A stretch of DNA of 64,000 nt from Carcharhinus longimanus (lineage: Eukaryota). The DNA lies in contig JASCQW010000142.1 of the NCBI GenBank assembly GCA_030264375.1, positions 43,660,096 to 43,724,095 on the forward strand, written 5' to 3'. Of the stretch, positions 23,291 to 36,254 are shown piece by piece (within the stretch, counting starts at the first letter, position 1; each line of letters begins with the position of its first letter). The notes beneath the pieces were generated by a model that was not told where the DNA came from, did no database searches, and saw only the letters and a list, made by a program, of their open reading frames with translations. The position numbers and the translations under genes were made by a program.

Positions 23291-26099
23291 GAAGTTTTGT
23301 GGGGGCCTGAATTTGTTGAAACTCAGAAGCTACAAGTTGGAACACAGGAATCTGATCTTTAAGCTTTGAACCCAAGAGCAATGACTCATCCTGTAAACAA
23401 GTCTTTTACCACCAAGCCATAGGCCAGGAACTTTCTGGCTTCAATTCCTATTCTGTAGTTTGGCTCTCCAGAAATCAGCTGATCTAAGGCAACAGACAGG
23501 ATTTAGCATTCCTGGACGTACTTTTGGATGGGTGGTGGGCAGCATGGGGAAAGAACAAAGGGAAGAAAAATATTGATCACCCTGTTTTCTCATTCTTGGT
23601 TGCTCTCCAATTACCTCATTGGCAAATATAGCCATATAAATATAGTAGATTTGTATTTAGCCATGGTGCACTCCTCCCATCACTGACACCAGGCTATACA
23701 ACCTGAATAATCTAGGTTTATACACAAAAATTGGCTCACATAACTCAGTCACTGAATTATATTCCCACACACGACCTATTTGCTAGACAAGAGGGGAAAA
23801 GTTGCATCTTTCTTTTCAAGTGAATTCGCAACAAGTACTTCGCAATTTTACCTCGTCAGAAGGAAAACATTTCCAGCTTTGAAACGAATGTTATTACATT
23901 AGTTTCACAGCACACCTGGCATATCAAAGCAATGATAGAAATCACTGCTCAAGGCTTTTCATTCACTGAAAGCCCTAATTTACCGATGATTAAAAATTCC
24001 AAGAAAAATAAAAGAATAAACTTATTTATTTCCCTTTTACAAACTTAAAGGTCACAGAAGTTTTAGTTAATTATCCCAAAAGATTAGGACTAGATTTTTC
24101 TGTCAAAATATCAGTGAGGCTACTAGTGCTCATCGTTATTTGTGTGTTAATGTTATAGCAACTTCAAAGCTTAAGCAGAAGCATTATTATATGCTAATAT
24201 CTAAAAGAGTTCAAGTTGTGTTGTTGCGCCATTAGTTTTAGAAATGAATTGCTGTCTGCCCTACCACTGGCATGCAATAAATATCATGAAGTCACTGCAG
24301 TTATGTGGTACATACACACGAAACTCACCAGAGTCTCAATTTCAAAAGCAAGCACTCTGAACAATTAATAGTTAATAAACTACTGTCAATCAACTGATCT
24401 GACATAGAAAATTAAGTATTACGAGTGCAGTCTCATTCCTTAATTGTCACTCAAGATTTCCTTTGTGTCATTTTCTGTTGAACCTTGCTTCCCTTACTTT
24501 TTCTTTCTGTACAAGTCAACAAATAATTCTTCAGTCTTTTTAGTTTACCTTTCAATCTAACTGGTTAAGGAGCTCCACAGTTAGTTGCCCTGTTCATTCT
24601 GATACCAGATGCTGTTAATAACTTAGCAATTTAATCACTTCTTTACAAGCTGAAAGGTGCAGAGAGGTGTCTAACACCAGACACAAAGCATCCAGCTCTA
24701 GGCAAATATGGCCAATTAATTTGTGAAGTGCTGGAGATTTGAACATATCTATGCACTCACTACCTAGGACAAACATTCCAGAGCAGGTGAAGCACAAATC
24801 AAATGCAACGAATGGTCGTGACCAACATTAGCCAATAATGCACCTTAATGCTAACCTTAGAAAAACTCTCCTACAGTATTTCTCCTTTGCTGTCAGCTTC
24901 AGGGTTTTAGATGCCTGTAGCTAGTGATAATATTTGAAGTATAGAGAATTTTTGCGTAATGGATAAGTTCCCACTAAGAACTGAATGAAAACTCTCCAGC
25001 ATATTTATTTTCCTTTACATCGAGGATTAAAAACAAAACTATGTTCAACATTATGAAGAAGATTTGGAATTTTTCTTACCCTAAATTCTGACAATTTGCA
25101 ATGATAATAACTTCAACAGAGTTAAGTCCCAAAACACTGCACAGTAGCATAATCAGCAAAAAACTGATATTAAGGATGAGATACTCAGAGGGAAACTACA
25201 AACTTGGTCAAACAAATAGGTCTCAAGAAACCACAAGGAGATACTAAATTGGCAGAGAGGTTTATGGACAGAATTTTAGAGCTTAGCCCGTGGATGGCTT
25301 ATAGTAAGCCCATCAATAATAGGGTGAACAAGTGGAAGTTACAAAAAAGTGCCAAGACAGAAGTGCAAAGTTCTGAGCCCAAAGCTGCAAATAGTTTAGC
25401 TAAGCTCTGTTAGTGGCTTATGAAAGGTTAATAGCATGCAAATTGGGTTTATGCTGAGTTCTGGGAAGGTGACATTTGAAAACCATGGTTTAGACTTCCC
25501 AATGTTTAACAAAAGGAAATTGTGATTCATCCATTTCGAGCTGTGTGCAGTGTATTTTTGGCTATTTTCCATCTACTGACACTGCAACACCACGGAGTGC
25601 TTCCCATACTGTCTAACCCTGAAACTGCAGGGGAAGTAGCCAATATGTGATTAAAAATATAACGGCACAATTGCCATTCAGAATCTTGTCTGAGTGGAAA
25701 TCTAGGCTTTTATCTCCATCAAATTTACTGAGGGTGCCTTCCCCACAGCGTGTACAAAAGCCTAAAATCACCCTTGTAACAGTGGACTGGCCTCTAATCA
25801 TATGTTGCATATTCAACAAATAAATAACAAACATTGGTGAGCTTTGGAGCGTAACTTGGGTTCACTGCACATCCCCCTAATCTCCAAATCTGGCTCAATT
25901 TCAAAAGAATAAATTTGCATGCGCCTTCCATTCTTAAACTACTTTAGTAACTTCTACTGTAGCATTTGTTGTAACAAAAATATTGGGACAAACCTTTACA
26001 TGAAGAATTTTCTCTTAGTTTTTAACTTGTGGCACCATTTTGATGGCTTCACCATCTTCTTTGCAGATGCACAAGCAGATAAGACTTTTAAATCAGTCT

Positions 26100-27350
26100 C
26101 AGGAGTCTGCTTCTGATCATGTCACCAAGGGGAAGCATATAAATGAGAAACATGAGGAAACCAAACGATGGGGAAGAAAAGTCATGGCAGGAGATACTCT
26201 GGCTATGACTGAATAGATGAAGTACAATTGGGTGATGGCAATCTAATTCAAGTGAATAGAGGAGTGACAAGTTCAGCCATGTCAAGGCTGTATAGTGGTC
26301 AAAATGACACGAAGTGTGCCACAATTAATTACAGATATGATTTTTGACTGAATATGGCCGTTTCAATGCAGTGGTAGTGTGCAAAGCTGATCCAAGAGAT
26401 TCAAATAGCGAGTTGGGGACATGTTCAAAAAACAATGAACATGTTGAACAAGAGAAAATTGAAGATGGAATACTAGTTTGTAACAAGAAGAGAAGTGATG
26501 ATGGCAGTCTTGAAAGGGAGGGAGACAGAATCTGAGAAGAGGGACATTGGCAATGGCAACTAACATTCTTCGTGGAAAAGACAATTGACTGGTCAACAAT
26601 TTAGTTGAGAGAGCAGGAGGTTGCCAATACGAGCTCAGGGAGATAGGAAAGATGACAGTTCACAGCACAGTGTGGCTGTGAATGTGGGTAGGTGAGTTTA
26701 TACAGACAAAAATATTAAGGAAGGAGGAAAAGGCAGTATACATAGGAGGGAGCCAAGGTGAGATGGAGGTTGAAATCACCAAGGGTAAGAAGGCACTCTC
26801 AGTATGGAGCCTACAACAGAAAAGGAATGAGGCTATCTTGATGAAAAACTTGGGTGATTGAGAAGAACAAGAATTTGTTTTAAAAGGAGGTTAGCATGTT
26901 GGAAAAAGGCAAGCACTCAAAAGGAAAACGTGTTACCAGGAGAAAAATCAATGATATGGATTTGAATACAGTGAGATTGTGGAGATAAGAGCATTGATTC
27001 CAATAAGTGTACATTCTGGAGGAACACGCAGTGTGAGGTAGTGATTCTTAACCTGCTGGCAGAGTTCAAGAGTTGGTGTTTGGGAGTTGATGGTGGGTGG
27101 GGTGAGTGAGATAGGAAAGTTGACGAGATTAGATGTCAAGAGAATGCAGGAGTTGCAACTGTTAGTTTCAAGGAGGCAGCAACAAGTGCCTCCCTTTGGA
27201 GAATACTGACTAAAGGAAGCTGAGAGTTACTCAGAAGGAATTCAAGCCTGGTCTGGACGCAGAATAGTGAGAAGCCAACCCAATACAAATTGAGAGCAAG
27301 TACTGACTGGGCAGAGTAATTAAAAATGATCAAAATAACAATAAGAATTT
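26100..27350 (-). mobile_element. Degenerate L2-clade LINE ORF2 fragment
   Basis: Purine-rich plus strand. The minus strand shows L2 endonuclease-like remnants (cttggtgatttcaacctccatct = LGDFNLH). Confidence 0.55.
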
Positions 27351-30300
27351 CCTCAGACTCAAGACACGAATAAATTCTTGCAATCCTGATAATGGGTTCC
27401 TAGCCTCCAATCAATTCCTCAGGGACTGGGCACAACACATACTAAGAAGCTTACTTTGAAGAACTTTAAGCAGTTTTAAAATAACCAACTGCTCTCTAAT
27501 TTACCTCTACTTATTCCCAAGACCCAGATATTACACCACAAAAACACCTTCTCTTTCCATGCACATCCATTTCCAACTGGGAACTGAACAAGTGAAAAAT
27601 ACAGGCACAACTTTATATACTGTTACACTGTGGTACTGCACACTAAACGATATACCGTGTCAGTTCTTGGAGCATGATTGAGAGTTAGCTATTATCAGCT
27701 CAGAGTTGCTCAAGTCAGATCAAGATTGTGGCTGATCTCAGAATTAAAAATGCAATAATTGCCATAAGTCAACTGACAATTTTTTTCTGTACAATTTTTT
27801 TTTGCATTTCAGTGAGCTCTTCATTAACTGATCTACAAGTAAGCCATTTTAAGCACCAAACGCTTTTAACTGTTGGCCTTGTACTTTAGGAAAATGACCT
27901 CAAGACTCACAAAGTAACTCTCCTGATCTTTAAGGGTTCCACTCTAGCTGCTGTCAAAATCAGTGCTGAAACTCAAGTTATTACACTGTCATTCTTCTTC
28001 TCTTCTCCCCTGCCCTGTAAAGATTTGGGGGAATGCCTTGCATCAGCAAGATTTTTCTTGAGAACTTCTTGTTTTGGCTGTTTATCTTCAATAGGATTGT
28101 TTTCAATTAAATATGCATCCTTACATACTTATCATTTCAGGTGTGTTGAACCCAGCCTGACAGGATTTAGTCCTGCAATTATAGAAGTTTATCACATTCA
28201 CACCAATGCAAGGTCATTTATGGAATGGAATACAAAAAATTGCTCATCAAAACACTCAACGGTATTTATTCCGCTACAGCTGTCAAGCAAATTACATTCC
28301 AGTATCCAATTCAAGTTGTAACTGCAAGATATGACAATGGGGAAAATATTTGCTAATGATTTAAATACATAATTATATCAAAAACATTCTTGACCTGGAA
28401 AACTAATCTGAAGTAAAAGCAAGACCAATAACAAGGAAAGAACTGATAAACACGACTGAGATAAGAGGGTTCAGTAATCAGACATTCTCTGACACACTGA
28501 AACGCTACTTTGCAAAATTGAAAATATTTCTGTTATTTTGCCAATTAACTTCCACACATCACAACACAGCAAACAAAAAGCTAAGGATTACAGTGTTATG
28601 GAACAACACAATTTGATGAGAAGTCAATCTCACTGTTCAGATTTGGTTCAACTTATTCAAAACTGATATTCTCAAAACCATTTAGCCGATAGGCAAAGGG
28701 AACCATTTAGTTGTTTAATGTTACAGCCTCACTTTAGCAATTTTTACAGTCAAAATAGACATTTAACACTAAATAGATACGATCAAGAATTTCTACTGGA
28801 AATGTAAGCATTTCATGGGCCCACACAAGCATGCCATCTACAGCAAAGAATCAAAAACTACAGCACTCTAGCCAATTCAGTAGCACTTGGGAAGCATAAT
28901 TTATCCTTTAGCAGCCCAGTATTTGAAGTGATTTCAGTTCCCTAAGCACAGGTATATCACCATTCAAAAAAAAGGCACAATTAAATGAAAGGATATTTCA
29001 AGCTGCAGTATATACTAAACATGTAGCATTTTTTAAAAACATTCCCAACATATTCCAAGACCATGCTACCTTTAACATATCATTATTCACCTTTCAAATA
29101 CAGGATCATAAGATCATCTTTTCAAGAAGGGCCTCACTGAAAGATGCTTTTTGTTTTAGATCAGACAGATCTGCAGGTTTCTTGCCCCCCACCCCCCCTC
29201 AAGTGGACATCACTTGAGCAAATGAATGCCAGCAAGTACTCAAGAATTGTCTCTAAAACATCAAGTGCCCTGTCAGTTCAGACTTTCATTTTTAATTATT
29301 TTAATGAACAGAGCAGAACTGAAAGTGGATTGTCTGTTTCTTTTTAGAGTTTAAATTAGAAAGAACAACCTTGTGAAGAGTTTCTTCTCAAACAACTCTC
29401 CGTGAGACTCTTGCCCTGACCAGCTATGAATGACAGCAAGGTACAACTCCCTGGGCACCAGCTGACTCCAGTATCTCACACAAAAACTTGTATAAACATG
29501 TTCATCGAGGGCACCAGCAGCAGAAGGGGACCAAATTCTTCCCCAGCATTCTACTTATACATACAATATGGATTATTAATTCATGCTCAAGGACCAACAC
29601 TCCCAAAACATCTGCCTTCCTTATACTGAAAATCGTTAATATACTACCCTCATCTCACTCACTATTGCCCCTTGTAAAACTAGCTAGATGCACAGACGAG
29701 GAATTTAATCCGGGACCTTGCAACCACTTTAAAACTGTTTCCTGAATCCTCACTTCTGTCCAAAGTAATTACAACACATTAACGGTCTTGAAGGGAAGGG
29801 AAAAAAAACGTCTAATTAAAGCTACTGCAGGTAAAATTCTCAATTATTTTCCATACCCAATAATGAGCGTGCTAAGTACGTATGTTTACCCAGTTAATAA
29901 AACTGACAGTGCACTGATTCTAAGTTTCGCACAACGAAGCGGACTTGAGAATTTCAAAGAAAAGAAATCTCAGTACCTTGTAATTTAACTAGCAAAGTTG
30001 GATCCTCACACGAGTAACAGGCAGAGCAACACATTTGCACCAATTCAGGACCGTCGCACTATGCTTAAGGCAGGGAAAAGACAAGGATCATCCGCTACTG
30101 GGCTAATATGAATGTGATATGCAGAAGATTCAGGTACAGACAGTGCATCACACTCGTTACTGAGAGAAAGCAGTTTGAACTGGGCAGATGAAGGAAGAAA
30201 ACAGATAAAATACTATACTAGAAAATGACAGTTAAGAATCAAAACAGCAAAACTTAAAATGAATTAAAACAACGTTCAGATTTTTCATTTTATTTACAGA

Positions 30301-30883
30301 ACACATACAACATACATTTGTGTTCTTCAGCCTCTGTAAGCATTCAAATACCCTTATGAAGCTAAGGATGCAAAATGTGGTACGCCTCCCAGTGTCAATA
30401 AAATTGCACTCCAAAGGATTTTATGTCAAATAGCAGGTTGCAGATAATTCAGCCATCTATATTTGTTGTTATCCAGGGGGTAAATAAAAGAGATGAGAAA
30501 GCTTGCCAGTACAATGTATCATTACAATCCAAGATAAAACAAATTTCACCCTCACAAGTCGCAAGAGTACTTCAAATTGGTAGTTCAACTCAAATTTTAC
30601 AATATAGGATGAGAAAGGCTACCGTCAAATTTTAAAATCAACCTCACTAACCCAGCAATCACTTCTGAAGTTAAGGTTTACTTGTGGCAAGAGTAAAAAT
30701 ATAGTCAGGCTCCTATGACATCTGGCCTGCAGAATGACCTGAGCTAGGGATCTTCAATGGTGCTTCAAGGCATAAAATGGGAAACGGTTCTCTCCCAACA
30801 CTATCATCCCTCAACTTCATAAGCTCATTCACACATGCATAGAAAAAATATAAAAAGGAACAAACAAATCATTCTGTATTTAC

Positions 30884-31212
30884 CTGACTGTAAGTCACCA
30901 CTGATAAGTTGCTAGAGTGACTGTTAGGGGAGATATTTACAGAGTTCTGCGACAGTCCATTTTGATCTTGTTCATTTTGGTCTTCAGTTGGGCCCCATGA
31001 ATTTTTACTAATGGGATTTGTACTTTGGCCCCCAGGGTCCTTCACATTGTTGTCTTCAGATTGCCTGTTTTTCTGTGGTGAAGCGAAAGGGTTAAAATTG
31101 CCTTCAATCTTGCGACAGGGTTGTGAAGAAAATTCTGTTTCAAATGAAGAAAGCTGCTGCGTAACTCCTAAAAGGCCTCCGATTTCAACACTCAGAATCA
31201 CCCAAATCACAT
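30884..31212 (-). CDS. ILRUN: ILRUN coding exon 4 (end of FW domain plus disordered C-terminal region)
   Basis: Translates (D)VIWVILSVEIGGLLGVTQQLSSFETEFSSQPCRKIEGNFNPFASPQKNRQ...SNLSVVTYSQ. Acceptor gtcgctctcag|AT, donor CAG|gtaaat; 329 nt, ends in phase 0. Confidence 0.96.
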
Positions 31213-32029
31213 CTGAGAGCGACACAAAAGCATGGAATTATGATAAGCATGGCAATTATGACTGAGAGCTAAAATTTCTTTCTGTAAAAAATTCTAATTA
31301 TCCACAGAAAACTCAGTACAACTTGCATTTAAACATTTTCCACCCCATATAAACATGTTTTTTTTTTAAATCAATATACAAAGGTGAGCTTCCAGTTAGG
31401 ATTATAGATATTCTATGCATACGAATTGCAAAATGTACTTCCTTCTCCAACTTGCAGTTTTGCCTTGGGAAAAAGATTATTTGAAAAGAAACAGGAAGAA
31501 ATAAAGGCAGCCAACAATGCAAACAGTTTTTCTATTAGGTGTCCAAATATTATTTTTGTTCTCAATTTTCTGCTCATTTCTTCGATAGTAGGCTTTGACT
31601 GACAACACATGGCCTTTCCAAGGTTACCTTGAATGATGGCAAGGCTATTTGATTATGAAAGATCATCACAGCCAAGCTTATTCCTACTTTAATAGTAATA
31701 AATCTATTTTCGGCAAAGGGAGGGAAGCAGTCATTAACCTGCAATCAGTGCCCCACAGCCCCTCCCTCATCATTTAGTTGGAGAGCATTTACATCAATTA
31801 TGGCATCTTACCACCACAGATCTGAGATAAACCAAGCTCATTCCTGCTTAATGCCTCTATGAATAAAGACTTCCCCATGAGATGGATTTTTGCATCTTCT
31901 CATGCCACACAAAAGCCCAAATTAAAAATGCACAAGGGAATCTTTTCCCAAGTCTCAAATCACATTCTATAGTCAATGAGGAGATACACAAGCACAACAA
32001 AAAGGTGACTCTCAGAGTCCCTACAGTGC

Positions 32030-32322
32030 ATTTGATCCAGTGAGACTGCATCCACTCTCCAAAAGAGCATCCTACCCAGGTCCCAACCCCAGAACCTCAT
32101 GTATTTACCCTATTAATCCACCTAACCCACATATCATGGGAAACTAAAGGGTAAGTCAGCATGGCCAATCAACCTAACCTGCACAAATTTGGACTGTGGG
32201 AGGAAACCAGAGCACTTGGAAGAAATCTGCGCAGACACAAGTACAACAGCAAACTCCACAGTAACTCAATGTCGGAATTGAACCTGGGTCTTCACACTGT
32301 GCTAACTACTGTGCTGCCATGC
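32030..32322 (-). mobile_element. HE1-like V-SINE
   Basis: Reverse of ggcagcacagtagttagcac...gacccaggttcaattcc...tctggtttcctcccacagtccaaa...ggttaggttgattggccatgct. Confidence 0.8.
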
Positions 32323-33254
32323 TTCAGTCTGGATATACCCCATTATCCTACCAATATCCTTTCTGTTGTGAAACTTTTTTAGCCATTTGCAAATTGTCCA
32401 CCTCGACTAATGAGAATCAAGGGGCAAAAACAGCTGTTGCATCACAACTGCTTCATAATACAAATCAACAGTGCTGTTTGCCAGATTTATTCTTATAAAT
32501 CTTGCATTAATTTCAAGTCCAGAGTAGCTCCTTCAGAAAACGGAAGCAAATTTTAATATGAATTGAGGCAGCAGAGCTCTCTTTGTGCTGATTCACTGAA
32601 GGTTAAAAATTTTCTATGATTCAACAAAATCCAAATAAAGATTGGTGACAGTTCTCTCAACATAATGCAAAAGAAAATATGCAATCCCCGATATTCAAAG
32701 ACCTGTCAAACCTACTACATATTGAGTATTTCATACGTTGCTAAGCAATTCAGAGGAATGGGAAGGGAGCAAGAGCAGAGAAGGGGATAAGTAAGAATGA
32801 CGCAAGGACTCAAGACTGTGCCCAACTGAAATCAACAAATCATAAACTGCTCATTGCACAAAAGTACTGGTACAAGATACAAGCTGACTTACCAGACCAT
32901 CATATCAGCCAATGGCGATCCTCATCAAAAAAGTGTAATGAACAAAAATTTGGCTTTATTTTAAAAGATTAAGCAGGTACAGAGAGGATTAAAATAGTGC
33001 ATAAACATTTTAAAGCAGTAATATTTGTTCCATTAAAATGGAAGGGAGGTGAAATTGTAGAGTGATGAAAGATTAGCAGCTTTCTAGGAACATATCAAAG
33101 CCTTTTCTTTTGGTGGTAGCATCAGTGCATGTTCTAAAACACAATATAAATGTTTCAGATATGTTGTACCTGCAACATCTCAAGTTGCAGATACAAGCAT
33201 GCCTTGCTATCCGGATTGAGGATTTACCCTCCAGTTAGTCAACATTGTCAACCA

Positions 33255-33605
33255 TACAACCATAGAAGCTCTGCAGTGCAGAAGGAGGTGACTTGGCCCA
33301 TCGAGTCTACACCAACTCGCCAGACCCTCCAATCCACCCTGTGACCCCACACATTTACCATGGCTAATCCATTTAACCTACGCATCTTTGACACTAAGAG
33401 GCAATTTAGTATGACCAATCCACCTAATCCACATATCTTTAGACTGTGGGAGGGAACTGGAGCACCCAAAGGAAACCCAGACAGACGTGGAGGGAACATG
33501 CAAGTTTCACCACAGACATGGGGAGAACGTGCAAACTTCACAGAGTCACCTGGGTCCCTGGCACTGCAAGACAACAGTGCTAACCATCGTGCCACAATGC
33601 CACCC
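33255..33605 (-). mobile_element. HE1-like V-SINE
   Basis: tRNA-like head (ggcacgatggttagcactg...gccagggacccagg), V-domain (ggtgctccagttccctcccacagtc) and CR1-like tail. Confidence 0.85.
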
Positions 33606-34007
33606 ATCAATGACATTTGGCAAAATTTCCAGGCAAACAAATAGAATTGCAAAGAGAGCTACCTTTGATTCATGGGCCAGATTATCAGGATTCGTGGACC
33701 AAGTAGGACTGACAAATTATAGTTTGGAAACCTTTGTTAGAGATGTAAAAGTTAACAAAAAAAATGCAAGCTCACATTCCAGTAACATAATTTATGCACT
33801 AAGGCATTGCAATTACTTGGTTTATCACAGTTTCATTGGTTTTGTACAAAACTTATAATAGTCATTTTCTGAAAGCCTAGATCCCGAGAAAGCTGATTCT
33901 ACACCCTCAGACTGTTAGAATTTTCACTCACAGAGACAAGAGATCATCAAATTGTCTATTGCTTGAAAAGAAAATACTGGAGTAGGTGATTCATTTGATC
34001 TCATTAC

Positions 34008-34205
34008 CTCCAAAGTAAAGCCCAGTAGCTGTGCACATGCGCCACTGTCCCTGGTACATTGCTGGAGTAGTTGGACTTCGCATCTGAACGCTGACATCAG
34101 TAACTTCCTGAGGCTCCAGTGACCGAACCATCACCATGTTAACATGCCCAAATTGGTCACCTCCCACATATTTTAAAGACACACCAGGAGGCCATTGCTC
34201 TGTGC
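34008..34205 (-). CDS. ILRUN: ILRUN coding exon 3 (NBR1-like FW domain)
   Basis: Translates (G)TEQWPPGVSLKYVGGDQFGHVNMVMVRSLEPQEVTDVSVQMRSPTTPAMYQGQWRMCTATGLYFG. Acceptor cccctctcctcag|GC, donor GGAG|gtaatg; 198 nt, phase 1-1, consistent with exons 2 and 4. Confidence 0.96.
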
Positions 34206-34269
34206 CTGAGGAGAGGGGAAAACAAGTACAGTATTGTCTGTTCAGACATTAACTCATGTGGTCAAAAAC

Positions 34270-34510
34270 TTTAAGAACAGGAAGTGCTGAAAAAAACTCA
34301 ACATTCTGGCAACATCTATGGGGAGAGAAACAGTTATATAAAATAGACGTTAACATATTCTATGTTCTAACATTTGAGTCCAATGTGACTCCAGAGTTCC
34401 GAAGGGTCTTATTAACTCAAAACATTAGCACTATTCCTGCCTGCTGACGTTTCCAGCACATACTGTTTTTATTTCAGAGCTCCAGCTTCCACAGTATTTC
34501 GCTTTTACTG
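34270..34510. mobile_element. Degenerate palindromic Penelope-like element (family B)
   Basis: Left arm aacaggaagtgctgaaaaaaactcaaca..ctggcaacatctatggggagagaaacag; right arm gcctgctgacgtttccagcacatactgtttttatttcaga. Same architecture as the element at 55350-55578. Confidence 0.6.
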
Positions 34511-35269
34511 TCAAAAGCTACCACTTCAGATTGGAAAAATTACTAACTCAACCCAATGAATATAACCTTCCAAATTAGAAAATAATGATTCATTCCACAA
34601 ACTATCAAATTTAACAGTAAAATGGAGAACACTAAAGCATCAAGAATAAGCTTCAATTGGCGCAAAATAAAATGATTTGATCCACAGAGTGAAACATGGA
34701 TTTCAAGTGCAACATGAACTGAAGATTTCTTCATACTTTTCCTTCACTGAATGCCCCGCCCCCTCCCCATAAACAAGAAACATCACAAATATAAGTCAGA
34801 TAGTAACAGTCAGAAAATACTCTCATTCAGCCATACCACTGGGCTTATTGTTACATTATGGATGAAACCTGCACTTAAATGAATAAATTTCCATGCGCCA
34901 ACTTATTTAATTGTCTCTTTCCAAATCATGACAGCAAACATCTATTACTGCACTTAATTCACCCTGATGTCAGAGCCTGACTCCAGCTTATTCAATTATA
35001 GATTTATATATTAGGATATATTTTTAAAAATGATCATGTTTCATTCATGACACAGGAAAACAACAAATGCCAGCAAGGTTTTCAGTAATAGTTTTATTCT
35101 AAATGTTGATATTTGCCTTGCAGTGGATTACTACTCAAATTAGATGTAATTATGTGTTGCAGGTATTGTCACTAAATTAACACTGTTTCCAAATTAAGTA
35201 TTTTCAAAGCCAAGTTACACTTCAGGCAAATAAAAAGTCATCATACTCCAGCCATTCCTCCCCAATCCC

Positions 35270-35525
35270 TACAATGCAGAAGCAGGCTATTCAGCCCATC
35301 GAGGCAGCACCAACTCTATGGAAGAGAATCCCACCCAGACACATATTTGCCCCACTAATCTCTTTAACCTCAGGCACAATTCAGCAAGGCCAATACCCTA
35401 GCCCCAAGAGGCAATTCAGCAAGGCCAATCTCCCGAACCTTAGGAGCAATTCAGCATGGCCAATTAAACTATCTTTGGACTGTGGGCGGAAACTGGAACA
35501 CCCGGGAGAAACCCCACGCACACCC
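35270..35525 (-). mobile_element. HE1-like V-SINE (5'-truncated) with internal triplication
   Basis: V-domain tctcccgggtgttccagtttccgcccacagtccaaagat. caattcagcaWggccaat recurs at 35377, 35412 and 35447. Confidence 0.8.
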
Positions 35526-36250
35526 ACCTGCCCCCTCACTCTGAAATCTGCCCACCTCACCCACACCTCCATCCCTCCCTGTCCACACACCACCCCCCCT
35601 ACCATTCTTTACTCCCCTCCATCCACTCCCTCCCCATGCTTGATCCACACCCCTGCCATTCGTCCACTCCCTGCACCCCCATTCATTGCCTCCCTCCCCT
35701 CACAGCTGTCACCACGCCAACCTCGACCATTCCNNNNNNNNNNNNNNNNNNNNNNNNNNNNNNNNNNNNNNNNNNNNNNNNNNNNNNNNNNNNNNNNNNN
35801 NNNNNNNNNCTCCCCCATTCCCCCACCCATGCCAATCGTAACCCCACCTCTGCCGGGTCCCTCCCTCCCTCCACTCCAATCCCACACTGCCCATTCCCTC
35901 CCCACCCCTCGCAACCCCGCCTGTCCCCTTCCCACGCTGCTCCTCACCAATTCCCTCCTCTTCCCCAAACCGCCACCCTGACCATTCCCCTCCCTCCACA
36001 CATCGACCAACCCCCTCGACCATTCCCTCCTCCCCATGCCAGCCTCAACCTCGCCAGCCCCATCTCCTCCCACACCTTCCCTCACCATCCCCGTTCCCTC
36101 CCTCCCCCCCAAGCAGTCCTCTTTTCCCCCTCACATCACCTCCACATCCTCACCTTTCGCTCCCTTCCTCTCATGCCACACCCCCTGCACCCTTGCCTGT
36201 CCCCTCCCCACGCTGCTCCTCACCAATTCCCTCCCTCCCCAAACCCACCA
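35526..36250. repeat. C-rich low-complexity tract with internal direct repeats (contains gap 35734-35809)
   Basis: Runs of C throughout. A ~55-bp unit gcctgtccc..cccacgctgctcctcaccaattccctcc..ccccaaacc occurs at ~35919 and ~36195. Confidence 0.85.
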
Positions 36251-36254
36251 AAGC

